Shown piece by piece: positions 28,613 through 38,313 of a DNA stretch of 64,000 nt. The notes below the pieces were generated by a model. That model had not been told where the DNA came from and did not search any database. It saw nothing but the letters and a program-made list of their open reading frames with translations. A program made the position numbers and the translations under genes. This DNA comes from Archaeoglobus sp. JdFR-37 (GTDB taxonomy: Archaea; Halobacteriota; Archaeoglobi; Archaeoglobales; Archaeoglobaceae), in assembly GCA_002010215.1 (NCBI GenBank), contig MTMY01000007.1, forward strand, positions 1 to 64,000, read 5' to 3'. Every line of letters begins with the position of its first letter. Position 1 is the stretch's first letter.

Positions 28613-28671
28613 CCTGGTTATCCTCCCGGCTTCGGGAGCCGGTGACCCGAGTTCAAATCTCGGCGGCCCCA
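28598..28671 (+). tRNA. tRNA-Pro(CGG), no intron, CCA not encoded
   Basis: Acceptor GGGGCCG/CGGCCCC-A, anticodon arm CCGGC-TTCGGGA-GCCGG, T arm CCGAG-TTCAAAT-CTCGG. Confidence 0.96.
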
Positions 28672-28684
28672 TCCCTGAAGAGAG

Positions 28685-28930
28685 GTGATGATTACGTCGG
28701 CGAAAGTAAGAAGGATAACATTCCCATTTGACTATACAAGATTTGAAAAAGCGAGGATAATCGGGGCGAGGGCTTTGCAGATAGCCATGGGTGCGCCCGT
28801 TCTTATTGAAACTGATAAAAAAGACCCCCTTGAAATCGCAAGGGAGGAGTTTGAAAAGGGCGTAATTCCGATAACTGTAAAGAGGAGAAGAAGCAGTTTT
28901 GTGTGGCTTGAAAGACATGACCTCTTTTGA
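28685..28930 (+). CDS. rpoK: RNA polymerase subunit Rpo6 (K)
   Basis: [21 protein letters not shown]. Confidence 0.97.
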   Translation: MMITSAKVRRITFPFDYTRFEKARIIGARALQIAMGAPVLIETDKKDPLEIAREEFEKGVIPITVKRRRSSFVWLERHDLF

Positions 28931-28976
28931 GGTGTGCACGAAAGACACGAGAGTAACGGGGTAATGAGGTGGTAAT

Positions 28977-30194
28977 TTGATAATAGAGGATGTTTCTTAC
29001 AGAATCGTATTTGATTCGAGAGGAAGAGAAACTATTGAGTGTGAAGTTTTTGCTGAAGAAGCTTATGGAAGTGCTATTGCTCCAAGTGGAGCCTCGACAG
29101 GCAGTGAAGAGGCTGTTGCAGTTGATGTTTATCGGATAGATGAGATTGAGGAAAGAGTATCAAAGGCCTTAACAGGATACAGCATTTTCGAACAGAGAAG
29201 TGTGGATAAAGCACTGAGGGAGGAAGATGGGACGGAGAATTTCTCCAGCATTGGTGGAAATTTCGCCATTACCGCAAGTTTGGCAGTGGCGAAAGCAGCC
29301 AGCGACTGGCTGGGAATTCCACTTTTTGCCTATTTGGGCGGCGTTCTTGCTGATGAACTTCCGTACCCTCTTGGAAATGTTATTGGAGGCGGAGCTCATG
29401 CAGAAGGCTCCACCAATATTCAGGAGTTCCTCGTGATTCCTGTTGGAGCTGAAAACTTTTTTGAAGCTCAGTTTGTCAATACGAGGGTTCACAGAGCTTT
29501 AAAGGATGAGTTCAAGAAGCGAAATATCTTTGCAGCCAAAGGTGATGAGGGAGCTTGGGCAGCCAAGATAAGCGATGAGGAGGCCTTTGAAATACTCAGT
29601 TCTGCCATATCGAGAGTTGAGGATGAGACTGGAGTGAAAGTAAGAATTGGAGTTGATATTGCCGCAACTGAGCTCTGGAACGGTGAGTTTTACGTTTATG
29701 GTGAGAAAAAGCTATCCCCTGACGAGCAAGTTTCTTTCATAGCCGAACTTGTTGACAGGTATGAGTTGCTGTATGTTGAAGACCCCCTCCACGAAAACGA
29801 TTTCGAAGGCTTTGCCGAGCTAACAAGGTCGGTGGACTGCATGGTGTGCGGAGATGACTTGTTTGTTACCAACATAAAGAGAATTCAGAAAGGCATTGAA
29901 ATTAGAGCTGCCAACACCGTCCTGATCAAGCCTAACCAGATAGGGACGCTGAGTGATACAATTGATGCGGTAAAGCTTGCTAAGAAAGAGGGTTGGGATG
30001 TGGTTGTATCCCACAGGAGTGGTGAGACTGAGGATGATTCAATAGCACATCTCAGCGTGGCCTTCAACGCAACATTAATAAAGACAGGTGTGGTGGGTGG
30101 CGAGAGAACGGCAAAGCTGAATGAACTCATCAGAATTGAGGAGTATCTTGATAATCCCAAGATGGTTGAGATTAAAAAGATTAAGAGGCTGTAA
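28977..30194 (+). CDS. eno: Enolase
   Basis: DSRG, PSGASTG, KPNQIG, SHRSGET. Confidence 0.97.
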   Translation: MIIEDVSYRIVFDSRGRETIECEVFAEEAYGSAIAPSGASTGSEEAVAVDVYRIDEIEERVSKALTGYSIFEQRSVDKALREEDGTENFSSIGGNFAITASLAVAKAASDWLGIPLFAYLGGVLADELPYPLGNVIGGGAHAEGSTNIQEFLVIPVGAENFFEAQFVNTRVHRALKDEFKKRNIFAAKGDEGAWAAKISDEEAFEILSSAISRVEDETGVKVRIGVDIAATELWNGEFYVYGEKKLSPDEQVSFIAELVDRYELLYVEDPLHENDFEGFAELTRSVDCMVCGDDLFVTNIKRIQKGIEIRAANTVLIKPNQIGTLSDTIDAVKLAKKEGWDVVVSHRSGETEDDSIAHLSVAFNATLIKTGVVGGERTAKLNELIRIEEYLDNPKMVEIKKIKRL

Positions 30195-30225
30195 AAGGCT
30201 GTAAAAGTGGCTGAAGGTGATTTGA

Positions 30226-30852
30226 ATGGCGAGAGAAAGCGATGCAATGATGAGAGAACCAGAAGAGGGTTATGAGTATCTGGTAGCTCCTGATGAATAT
30301 CTGGCAGCAGGAGTTCATATCGGCACGCAGGTGAAGACGGGAGACATGACAAGGTTCATCTACAAGGTGAGGCCTGACGGTCTTTACGTTTTGGACATCA
30401 GAGTTCTGGATGAGAGGCTGAAGATTGCAGGGAAGTTTCTGGCGAGATTTGAACCGTTGAAGGTACTCGTTGTTTCAGCAAGGCAATACGGTCAGAAACC
30501 GGCAAGGATGTTCTCTAAGGCAACCGGTGCAGATTACGTTGTTGGGCGCTTCATTCCGGGAACCCTTACAAACCCTGTTCTCAGGGATTACAGGGAACCT
30601 GATGTCATTCTTGTTACAGACCCAGCAATCGACGCCCAGGCTGTCCAGGAGGCAACTGATGTGGGAATACCCGTTGTTGCTTTATGTGACTCTAACAACA
30701 GCATTGCAAATGTTGACTTAGTTATACCCACTAACAACAAGGGTAGAAAAGCTTTAGCACTGGTTTACTGGCTTCTTGCAAAAGAAGTTCTCAAGAACAG
30801 GGGCTTTACCGAATTCCACTACACTGTTGAGGACTTCGAAGCTGATCTTTAA
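30226..30852 (+). CDS. rps2: 30S ribosomal protein uS2
   Basis: [27 protein letters not shown]. Confidence 0.98.
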   Translation: MARESDAMMREPEEGYEYLVAPDEYLAAGVHIGTQVKTGDMTRFIYKVRPDGLYVLDIRVLDERLKIAGKFLARFEPLKVLVVSARQYGQKPARMFSKATGADYVVGRFIPGTLTNPVLRDYREPDVILVTDPAIDAQAVQEATDVGIPVVALCDSNNSIANVDLVIPTNNKGRKALALVYWLLAKEVLKNRGFTEFHYTVEDFEADL

Positions 30853-30956
30853 TTCAAATTTCACTTAATTTTCTTTTCTGAGGTCTGATACTATTTGATT
30901 TCAAAAAATTATCCACTTATTTTGCAAAACGCTTAGCTCCCGTTTACTCAATGGAA

Positions 30957-30987
30957 CTCAGGGACGGGGAGGGGCTGGGTGGGCGGG
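30957..30987 (-). repeat. Dispersed ~32-bp repeat, copy 2 (G-rich on + strand, G-quadruplex-type)
   Basis: CTCAGGGACGGGGAGGGGCTGGGTGGGCGGG, six G>=3 runs. Confidence 0.65.
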
Positions 30988-31037
30988 ATACATTGGGGTA
31001 ATTAGGGTAAGGAAGTCTCAAAGTTAGGTAAAAGCCG

Positions 31038-31463
31038 TCACTGACTCGTCACAAGTACCAATCCCAGAACAATCAGGAGTGTTCCAGCCATCACCTTCGG
31101 CAGGTTCACCTTCTCGCCAAGAATCAGCACTGAGAGCACAACTGTAACCAGTGGATAGACAGAGGTTATTGGGACTGCTTTGGCTGCGCCAATAGACTTG
31201 AGAGCTCCGTAGTAGATCACCATTGCGATACCTCCGGCTATGGCTCCGGCTGTGAGGAGTATCAAGATGTTAATTCCCCGTATCCCCTCAAAATTCAGCT
31301 CCCGAATCAAAAGCGACAGAATTAGGAGTGAAAGCAGCGCTCCTGCACTTCTAACTATGTTGGCTGCTACTGGCGATATGGCGGTTGCGGCAATGATCTT
31401 GTCCAGCAGTGGAACGGTGCCCCATAGAAGCGCTGCCATGAATGCAAGAAGTTCACCCTTCAT
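31038..31463 (-). CDS. EamA/DMT family small transporter
   Basis: AALLWG...DK, YYGALK, AVPITSVYP, LGEK. Confidence 0.9.
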   Translation of the reverse strand: MKGELLAFMAALLWGTVPLLDKIIAATAISPVAANIVRSAGALLSLLILSLLIRELNFEGIRGINILILLTAGAIAGGIAMVIYYGALKSIGAAKAVPITSVYPLVTVVLSVLILGEKVNLPKVMAGTLLIVLGLVLVTSQ

Positions 31464-31497
31464 TTTATCCCTCCTTTCTATTACTCTACTTTTTACT

Positions 31498-32208
31498 CTA
31501 ACCCCTCTGACTCCTTGTAAACTCGTACATAAATATTCCCGCTGCAACCGAGAGGTTAAGACTCTCAACCCTCCCGTAGCAGGGGATGGATGCAATCACA
31601 TCGCACTGCTTTCTCACGGGCCTTGAAATACCCTTATCTTCTCCACCTATCACAATCGCAACCGGTGGGGTGAAGCTGACCTTCCAGAGTTCTTCACCAC
31701 CAACCTCAGCACCAATCACGTAAAATCCAAGCTTTTTCAGCTTCTTCACAGCGCTTGCCAGGTTCTCTTCCCTAGCTACATCCACATGTAATGCAGCTCC
31801 GGCAGAAACCCTTATAACTGCTTCAGTCACCTGGGCAGACCTTCTTTTTGGGATGAGAACTCCAGCACAGCCGAAGAATTCAGCACTTCTCAGGCATGCT
31901 CCCAGATTGTGGGGGTCGTCAACACCATCTAGAATTAGAATGAATTTTCCTTCCCGGATAGCTTTTTCGATGATGTAGTCAAAATCTATGTATTTGATGG
32001 GAGCAACATCTGCAGCCACACCCTTTGATTCTGCAGGCAGAGTTGAGCGGGGAACATAAACAACGGGAATGCCCATTTTCCTTGCCTTGCTCTCTATGGA
32101 GGTTATTTTTGGGCTTTTAGCGCTTTTAGCTTCTCTTGCAAGGTATATCTTGCTTGCTTTCCCGGTTTTAATCGCCTCCAGTACACTGTTCACTCCGTAG
32201 ACTTTCAT
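31498..32208 (-). CDS. rlmB: TrmH/SpoU family rRNA methyltransferase (RlmB-like)
   Basis: DPHNLGA.LRSA, GGEDKG, ESLNLSVAAG. Confidence 0.92.
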   Translation of the reverse strand: MKVYGVNSVLEAIKTGKASKIYLAREAKSAKSPKITSIESKARKMGIPVVYVPRSTLPAESKGVAADVAPIKYIDFDYIIEKAIREGKFILILDGVDDPHNLGACLRSAEFFGCAGVLIPKRRSAQVTEAVIRVSAGAALHVDVAREENLASAVKKLKKLGFYVIGAEVGGEELWKVSFTPPVAIVIGGEDKGISRPVRKQCDVIASIPCYGRVESLNLSVAAGIFMYEFTRSQRG

Positions 32209-32306
32209 GCAACCCAGATAGCAGGTAAGGATTAAGACCTTACCGCCTTATGTCTTATCGCAAAACTATCGCAAAACCTTTATCCTATCTGGCAAAACCA
32301 TGGAGA

Positions 32307-32711
32307 GTGAAGAAAAAGGGGATTCGCTATGAAAGGGAGCTGATAAAGCTCCTGTGGGATAGCGGCTTCGCTGCTGTGAGAGTAGCGGGAAGTGGAGTAA
32401 GCATCTTCCCATCTCCTGACATAGTTGCCGGCGATGGAAAGAGATTTCTGGCCTTTGAGGTAAAATCCCGGAAAGGTTTGCCCCTCTACATCTCTAAGGA
32501 AGAAGTTAAGCAGCTCATAATGTTCTCCAACCTGTTTGGGGCAGAGGCGTATATAGCCTTAAAGCTCCCTAATTCTCCCTGGCGTTTCTTTGCCATCAAT
32601 TCGCTGAGGGAGACGGAAAAGGGTTTTGTGGTGGATGAAGCAGCTTACGCTTCTGGAGCAGACATTTATGAGGTCACAGGGAAAAGCAGGCAGTTGAGGC
32701 TGGAGTGGTAG
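32307..32711 (+). CDS. hjc: Holliday junction resolvase Hjc
   Basis: KG..YEREL, RVAGSG, PDIVAG, FEVKS. Confidence 0.94.
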   Translation: MKKKGIRYERELIKLLWDSGFAAVRVAGSGVSIFPSPDIVAGDGKRFLAFEVKSRKGLPLYISKEEVKQLIMFSNLFGAEAYIALKLPNSPWRFFAINSLRETEKGFVVDEAAYASGADIYEVTGKSRQLRLEW

Positions 32712-32803
32712 TCCGAAGCAATTTTCCTGTATTCCTACGCTTATTCTATAAATTCTAACAAATCAAAAAGCTTTATGTGGTTGCATGGAATACTAATAAA
32801 AAT

Positions 32804-34735
32804 ATGGGATTTAAATGGAAGTCTAAATGGTGGATATTTGTATTGGTAACTGGATTGGCTATCACTCTGATAGCACTGACTGGCTGCGTTCAGGAGGAGA
32901 AACCTCCAGAATTGAATAACAAAAGCAAGGCAAAACCCGAACTGAAAGCTTTCACGAATTTTTCCTCAGAAGAGGAATTAAGAGAATATCTGTCAAAGTC
33001 TCAAAGTGTCGGATATTCTTTCGGCATCTGGGGAGAATTGGTAATTACAGCGGATGTTGCAAAGGGGGGTGTTCCAGAGGCCGTTCCAGCTCCACGCCCT
33101 GCAACAACTCCAGCACCTATTCCCGCCCCCACACCTACCCCGGCTCCAACTCCAGGCAGGTATTCAACCACAAATGTGCAGGTTGCAGGCATCGATGAGC
33201 CGGACATAGTCAAAACAGATGGCAGAAACATTTACTTCTCCAGATTCTGGATGGGCTGGGTACATCCAGTCAAATTCGTCCCGGAAATGGGCGGGAATAC
33301 AAAGATAATACTGGCATTTCCACCTGAAGAGCTGGAGAAGAAATTCGAGATCGATGAGTCCGGTCAGCTTCTTCTAGACAACAGCACCCTTATAATACTG
33401 GACTATGACCGCATTGTAGCTTATAACGTTTCAGGAAAGCCTGAGAAGGTATGGAATGCAGACCTGAACAGTAGGCTGGTTGCTGCAAGGCTTTATGACT
33501 CAAAGCTTTATCTAATCACCCGAAGCTGGATAGACTATTACGAGCCCATTCCTGTCAAACCACTGGTAATTAACGGAAAAGAGGTTATCATAGACTACAC
33601 CAGAATCTACCACCCAATCGAACCCGTTTATGCAGATGTAACCTATAACGTCCTAATTCTTGACCCTGAAACTGGGAGGGTTGAGAACTCAGCTTCCTTT
33701 ATCGGCTCTGCGGGTCAGTCGATTGTTTACATGTCTACCAGTGCCATTTACATCACCTACTTCCAGACGCCTGATCAGGCAGACCTGATGTACAAGTTTC
33801 TGAAGGAGAACAGAGATCTAGTCTCGAATGAAGTAATCCAGAGAATTGAGAAACTCAGACAGTATGACATAAGCAATCGAGCGAAGTATGTAGAGATACA
33901 GGAGATTCTGCGGCAATATTCATCATCTCTTGACAGGGATGAGCGGAAAAAGTTTGAAAATGAGTTCTGGAACAGGCTGATGAAGTACAGGGAAGAACAT
34001 AAGAGAGACCTTGAAAAGACTAGGATTGTGAAGATGTCTCTGGATCTGAAACCTCTGGCAGCTGGCGAGATTCCGGGCAGGCTCCTGAATCAGTTCTCTC
34101 TGGATGAGTACCAAGGATACCTTAGGGTTGCTACCACCATAGGAGACACCAACGATCTCTACGTACTGGATGCAGACCTCAAAGTGGTTGGCTCCATAAA
34201 GGACTTCGGCCAGGATGAGAGGATATATGCTGTCAGGTTCATTGGTGACAGAGGCTACATCGTCACCTTCAGGCAGACAGACCCATTCTTCGTCATAGAC
34301 CTCTCAGACCCAACAAAGCCGGAAATAAAGGGTGAATTGAAAATTCCGGGATATTCATCATACCTCCACCCCATTTCGGAACACATCATACTTGGGGTCG
34401 GGAAGGAAGGCAGCGAAGTAAAGGTATCTCTCTTCGACGTCTCCTCGCCAGAGAAGCCTGAAGAAATAGACAGGTACATACTGAAAGAGCACTGGTCGGA
34501 TATATTGAGAACGCATCACGCCTTCCTGCTGGATAACAAGCACAAGATATTCTTCCTTCCAGGGGCAAGCGGTGGATACATTTTCTCCTACAGCGAAAAG
34601 CTTGAACTTGTTAAAGCAGTAGACATGCCGGCCATCAGGGCCATCTACATAGACGACTACCTCTACATAATCGGCGACAAAATCGCGGTCTTCGATGAGA
34701 AGACTTGGGAGAAAGTAAATGAGCTGGATTTATAA
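32804..34735 (+). CDS. Secreted lipoprotein with beta-propeller domain and Pro/Ala/Thr linker
   Basis: LTGC lipobox, YSTTNVQVAGIDEPDIVKTDG, LLNQFSLDE, GELKIPGYSSYLHP. Confidence 0.9.
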   Translation: MGFKWKSKWWIFVLVTGLAITLIALTGCVQEEKPPELNNKSKAKPELKAFTNFSSEEELREYLSKSQSVGYSFGIWGELVITADVAKGGVPEAVPAPRPATTPAPIPAPTPTPAPTPGRYSTTNVQVAGIDEPDIVKTDGRNIYFSRFWMGWVHPVKFVPEMGGNTKIILAFPPEELEKKFEIDESGQLLLDNSTLIILDYDRIVAYNVSGKPEKVWNADLNSRLVAARLYDSKLYLITRSWIDYYEPIPVKPLVINGKEVIIDYTRIYHPIEPVYADVTYNVLILDPETGRVENSASFIGSAGQSIVYMSTSAIYITYFQTPDQADLMYKFLKENRDLVSNEVIQRIEKLRQYDISNRAKYVEIQEILRQYSSSLDRDERKKFENEFWNRLMKYREEHKRDLEKTRIVKMSLDLKPLAAGEIPGRLLNQFSLDEYQGYLRVATTIGDTNDLYVLDADLKVVGSIKDFGQDERIYAVRFIGDRGYIVTFRQTDPFFVIDLSDPTKPEIKGELKIPGYSSYLHPISEHIILGVGKEGSEVKVSLFDVSSPEKPEEIDRYILKEHWSDILRTHHAFLLDNKHKIFFLPGASGGYIFSYSEKLELVKAVDMPAIRAIYIDDYLYIIGDKIAVFDEKTWEKVNELDL

Positions 34736-34865
34736 ATTTTAATTTTTTATTTTGAGAGTTTGAAAATTGTAACTCAAGCATTTCCTTCAATTTCGATCAA
34801 CTTTCAATTCCAACCTTGGATAATATTGCCTCTTTTGTGGACTAATCTTTAGAAATAAACGAAAT

Positions 34866-35627
34866 TCAATCAGGTGAAGCCTCCAACTTTCTTGCAACAA
34901 CTGTCACATATACACTTTCTCCTGCCTCTAAAAACTCTACTACATGGAAAGAACTCTCCTCAAGAAATGACTGAATCTCCAAACTATCGAAAGTTCTCAG
35001 CTCATGAGTCTCTTCGAATAGGTCTATGAGTTCTCTGTCCTTATAGATGATGCATTTAAACAGCAATGTGAGAAACCTTGTCTCCAGATTAAACTTGGGA
35101 AGAGATACTCTAATAGATTTCAAATCATCCTTTTCTCCCTCCAGAACACTTGGTTTAACCCCATGTGTCTTGAAGAATTCGAAACTGGGAAAATCGAATA
35201 TGAATAAGCCTCCATCCCGAAGGTTGTTGAAGGTATTTCTAAAAAAGCTCTCAACTTCGTCATCTTCATGCAAATAGCCAAGAGTACCGAACAGGCAGGT
35301 TACCACATCAAAAGGCTTGGGCAATCTGAACGAGCGGGCATCGGCAAGTAATATGTTGGCATCAACCCCCATATTGCGGGCTTTCTCTCTGGCAAGTTCA
35401 ACCATAACTTCCGAGTTGTCTATCCCTCACACTTCGTACCCTTTCTTGGAAAAATAGATCAGGAGGTCGCCAGTACCACATCCTATGTCCAGTATTGTTT
35501 TAAACTCTCTCCCAAGGAATTTCTTGGCTATTTTCTCCACGAACCTTGCATTTTCCTCTGTGTCGAAGGAACTGTAAATGAGGTCATAGTACTTGCCATA
35601 TTTTTTATAAATGTCTGCAGGCGCCAT
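34866..35627 (-). pseudogene. Class I SAM-dependent methyltransferase interrupted by a single in-frame TGA
   Basis: ORFs 35427-35627 and 34866-35405 are in the same frame: ILDIGCGTG...KGYEV*GIDNSEVMVELAR. Confidence 0.85.
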
Positions 35628-35766
35628 TTGTTTAACTTATTCTGACGCTTTGTAAATGTATCTTACTGCCTAAGCTCTGTATAGCTCATACTTCATGCTC
35701 TCTCAGCCCCAGCACTCGTATCTCAAAACAGCAAAATTTTTATGACTATGTTAACCGCACCAGATT

Positions 35767-36384
35767 ATGGTTAACCAACTGAAGTTCGTGCTGGCTGTAG
35801 TGATGGCAGTGCTAACAGCTTTAACAGCTCAGATAAAATTTAACATCTCAATTGTGCCCTACACCATGCAGAACTTCGCTGTCGTGCTCTCGGGACTCCT
35901 TCTCGGCCCCTTGTATGGTTTCATCTCTCAGCTCATATACATAGGCATGATTGCTATCGGCATACCGGCGGGAGCTGGATTTAAAGGAGGACTGGGCATC
36001 CTTACAGGGCCAACGGCAGGGTATATTCTGACATTCCCGGTGGCTGCAGCCATATGTGGCTACTTCAGAAAACTCTTCTGGAAGGAGGGGCAAAGAGCTG
36101 AGAAGATGGTAGTGTGGGCAGGGAGTGCTGTTGCGTTCATTCCGGTCTATCTGGTGGGCTTTTACGTATTCTACATGTTCGCTACCAGAGTCAGCGGATA
36201 TATGAGCTGGAGTGAGAGTGCCGCTGCTCTCTTCGGATTTTCGGGACTTTCACCGGCTCTGACTGTTTTTATTGCTTCAGTAGTAATCTTCGTTCCTCAG
36301 GACTTTTTCATCGACCACGTTCTGGCCATTGCTGCTTTCAGTTACGTCTATCAGATGCTGAAGGAGAGGGGGATTGAAATCTGA
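35767..36384 (+). CDS. bioY: Biotin ECF transporter S component BioY
   Basis: VPYTMQNF, LLLG..G, GPTAGY. Confidence 0.93.
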   Translation: MVNQLKFVLAVVMAVLTALTAQIKFNISIVPYTMQNFAVVLSGLLLGPLYGFISQLIYIGMIAIGIPAGAGFKGGLGILTGPTAGYILTFPVAAAICGYFRKLFWKEGQRAEKMVVWAGSAVAFIPVYLVGFYVFYMFATRVSGYMSWSESAAALFGFSGLSPALTVFIASVVIFVPQDFFIDHVLAIAAFSYVYQMLKERGIEI

Positions 36385-37634
36385 TCGAGCTGATAGGTGT
36401 TAGCTATACCTACCCGAATGGAGTGAAGGCATTATCGGGCATTGATTTCGTTGCAGAGGAAGGTGAGAAAGTATTCATTGCCGGGAAAACGGGGAGTGGA
36501 AAATCAACACTCCTCAGAATTTTTAACGGTCTGATACCTTTCTTTTACGGTGGAAAGCTAAAAGGAGAGGTGAACATTTTCGGGAAGTCCAGTGAGGATG
36601 TGAAGAAAGATGTCTTTTTCATCTCTCAGTTTCCCGACGAACAGATTTTAATGGGTAGAGTCAGGGATGAAATAGTCTTTCCACTTCTCCAGAGGGGCTT
36701 AGACTTTGAAGAGGCGGAGAAAAAGGCTTTGAAAGTGGCAAAGAAGCTTGGCGTTGAGGATCTGATGGAAAAGCGAACTGATGAAATCTCGGAGGGGCAG
36801 AAACAGATGGTGATGCTGGCCACCGCCTTGGCCAGCGGTTCAAGGGCAATTGTGCTGGACGAGCCTTTCGCCCACCTTCATGTTAGGAGGGCAAAAACAC
36901 TTCACGAACTCCTTTTGAAAAGCGAGAATACCATAATAGCATCGGATCACAGAATCGAGCTTTCAAGGGGATTCAGAAAGGTCAGCATGACGGAACTTAA
37001 TCGAGAAGTCAATCAGGAAGCCGACCAGTATGGTGAAGATGAATCTGAGCAGGAAACCGAATTTCAAGTAAAACGTAAAGTAAGTAAAGTTGTGGAGGTT
37101 GAAAACCTTCACTTCAGCTACAGCCACTCAGATCAACTATTCTCAGGTCTGAGCTTTGAAGTGAGAGAAGGTATGACTCTGGCCATAACCGGAGATAACG
37201 GGGTAGGGAAGACGACGCTTCTAAAAATACTGGCAGGGCTTTTGAAGCCCGATAAAGGCAGGGTAATGGTTCACGGGAAACCGAGTCTATCAATGCAGTT
37301 CCCCAACTATCACTTTTTCAGCAGGAGCGTTGCGGACGAGCTTGGAAACATCACAATCTTTGGACTTGAAAAGCTTGCAGGAAGGCACCCCCACTCTCTC
37401 AGTGCCGGCGAGGCAAAAAGAGTTTCTATAGCCAAGGCTTTCAGAAGCGACATCGTGCTTTTGGATGAACCCATGTGCGGTCAGGACACATCCTTCAGAG
37501 TGCAGCTCCTCAACGAGGCCAGGAGAAGAGGGAGGACCCTGATACTGGCAACCCATGATGAAAAGCTGGCTGCCATGTGTGATGAGGTGATTAATCTTGA
37601 TGAGATTTGCAAAAATTGCAAGAAGGGCTCTTGA
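36381..37634 (+). CDS. ECF transporter ATPase with two ABC domains
   Basis: Two Walker A motifs (GKTGSGKS, GDNGVGKT) and two DEP motifs; conserved N-terminal IEL..VSYTYP extends upstream to a CTG at 36381 (first standard start GTG 36423). Confidence 0.88.
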   Translation: MIELIGVSYTYPNGVKALSGIDFVAEEGEKVFIAGKTGSGKSTLLRIFNGLIPFFYGGKLKGEVNIFGKSSEDVKKDVFFISQFPDEQILMGRVRDEIVFPLLQRGLDFEEAEKKALKVAKKLGVEDLMEKRTDEISEGQKQMVMLATALASGSRAIVLDEPFAHLHVRRAKTLHELLLKSENTIIASDHRIELSRGFRKVSMTELNREVNQEADQYGEDESEQETEFQVKRKVSKVVEVENLHFSYSHSDQLFSGLSFEVREGMTLAITGDNGVGKTTLLKILAGLLKPDKGRVMVHGKPSLSMQFPNYHFFSRSVADELGNITIFGLEKLAGRHPHSLSAGEAKRVSIAKAFRSDIVLLDEPMCGQDTSFRVQLLNEARRRGRTLILATHDEKLAAMCDEVINLDEICKNCKKGS

Positions 37635-37644
37635 AGGAGGTGGG

Positions 37645-38313
37645 ATGGAGGAAAGGACAGCCATCCTAACCTCAGCCTTCTTATCTCTCTCTGTGCTTAT
37701 CTCATTCATTCCCGCAATCTCTTTTGCAGCCCTCATCCCTCCTCTTCTTGTGGTCAAAAGAAGAGTTTTTTACTCTTTAGCGGCAGCGTCTCCCCTCCTC
37801 ATCGTCTTTTTCCTCACAACCCTTCTTCTTTCCGGCCTGGTCATTTCTGATTCTATTTCAGATTCCGGTCTGAATTCAACGTTACTCCCGGCACCGCTTT
37901 GGGCAGCTCTCACGTCAATTATGGCTGTTGCAGCTCTGATATCTGCCGGAACACTGCTGTTCACCGATAATCCGTCTAGAATGGTTGCAGCCCTGATGTT
38001 CTTTCGTATCCCTTTTCAGGCGGCTTTCAGCATAGCCCTTGCCATGAGGATGCTCCAGATGCTGATGAGAGACTTGGAAAACGTTTCAGCAATTCTTAAG
38101 ATGAGTGAAACTGGCTTGGGATACTACAAAAAGCTTTTATTGGCAATCACTTCAGTTTCAGTGCTTCGGGGAATTGCAGTTGCGGAAACTCTTTATTCTA
38201 GAGGCTTTCCCGGAAATTTTGATTATCCTCTCAAAAAGCCTGAAGCCAGAGAGGTTATTTTACTGCTTTATTCATTTATTCTGTTCCTTTATTCCCTTAA
38301 TTCTTTCTTTTGA
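37645..38313 (+). CDS. ECF transporter T component
   Basis: Hydrophobic N-terminus, ALAMR, AETLYSRG motif. Confidence 0.85.
   Translation: MEERTAILTSAFLSLSVLISFIPAISFAALIPPLLVVKRRVFYSLAAASPLLIVFFLTTLLLSGLVISDSISDSGLNSTLLPAPLWAALTSIMAVAALISAGTLLFTDNPSRMVAALMFFRIPFQAAFSIALAMRMLQMLMRDLENVSAILKMSETGLGYYKKLLLAITSVSVLRGIAVAETLYSRGFPGNFDYPLKKPEAREVILLLYSFILFLYSLNSFF

Noticed and set aside
30940..30975. ORB-like CAATGGAAC...GGGG
   Set aside because: Single weak match, no inverted partner or cdc6; better explained by the dispersed G-rich repeat
33080..33155. C-rich repetitive tract
   Set aside because: Encodes the Pro/Ala/Thr linker of the lipoprotein; not a separate DNA element
34790..34820. CTTTCAATTCC resembling a CRISPR repeat end (also ATTTGAAAG near 46440)
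   Set aside because: Isolated fragments with no repeat-spacer periodicity and no cas genes
35427..35429. Selenocysteine recoding of the methyltransferase TGA
   Set aside because: Position is not a catalytic Cys site and no SECIS-like hairpin was recognised; nonsense mutation is simpler
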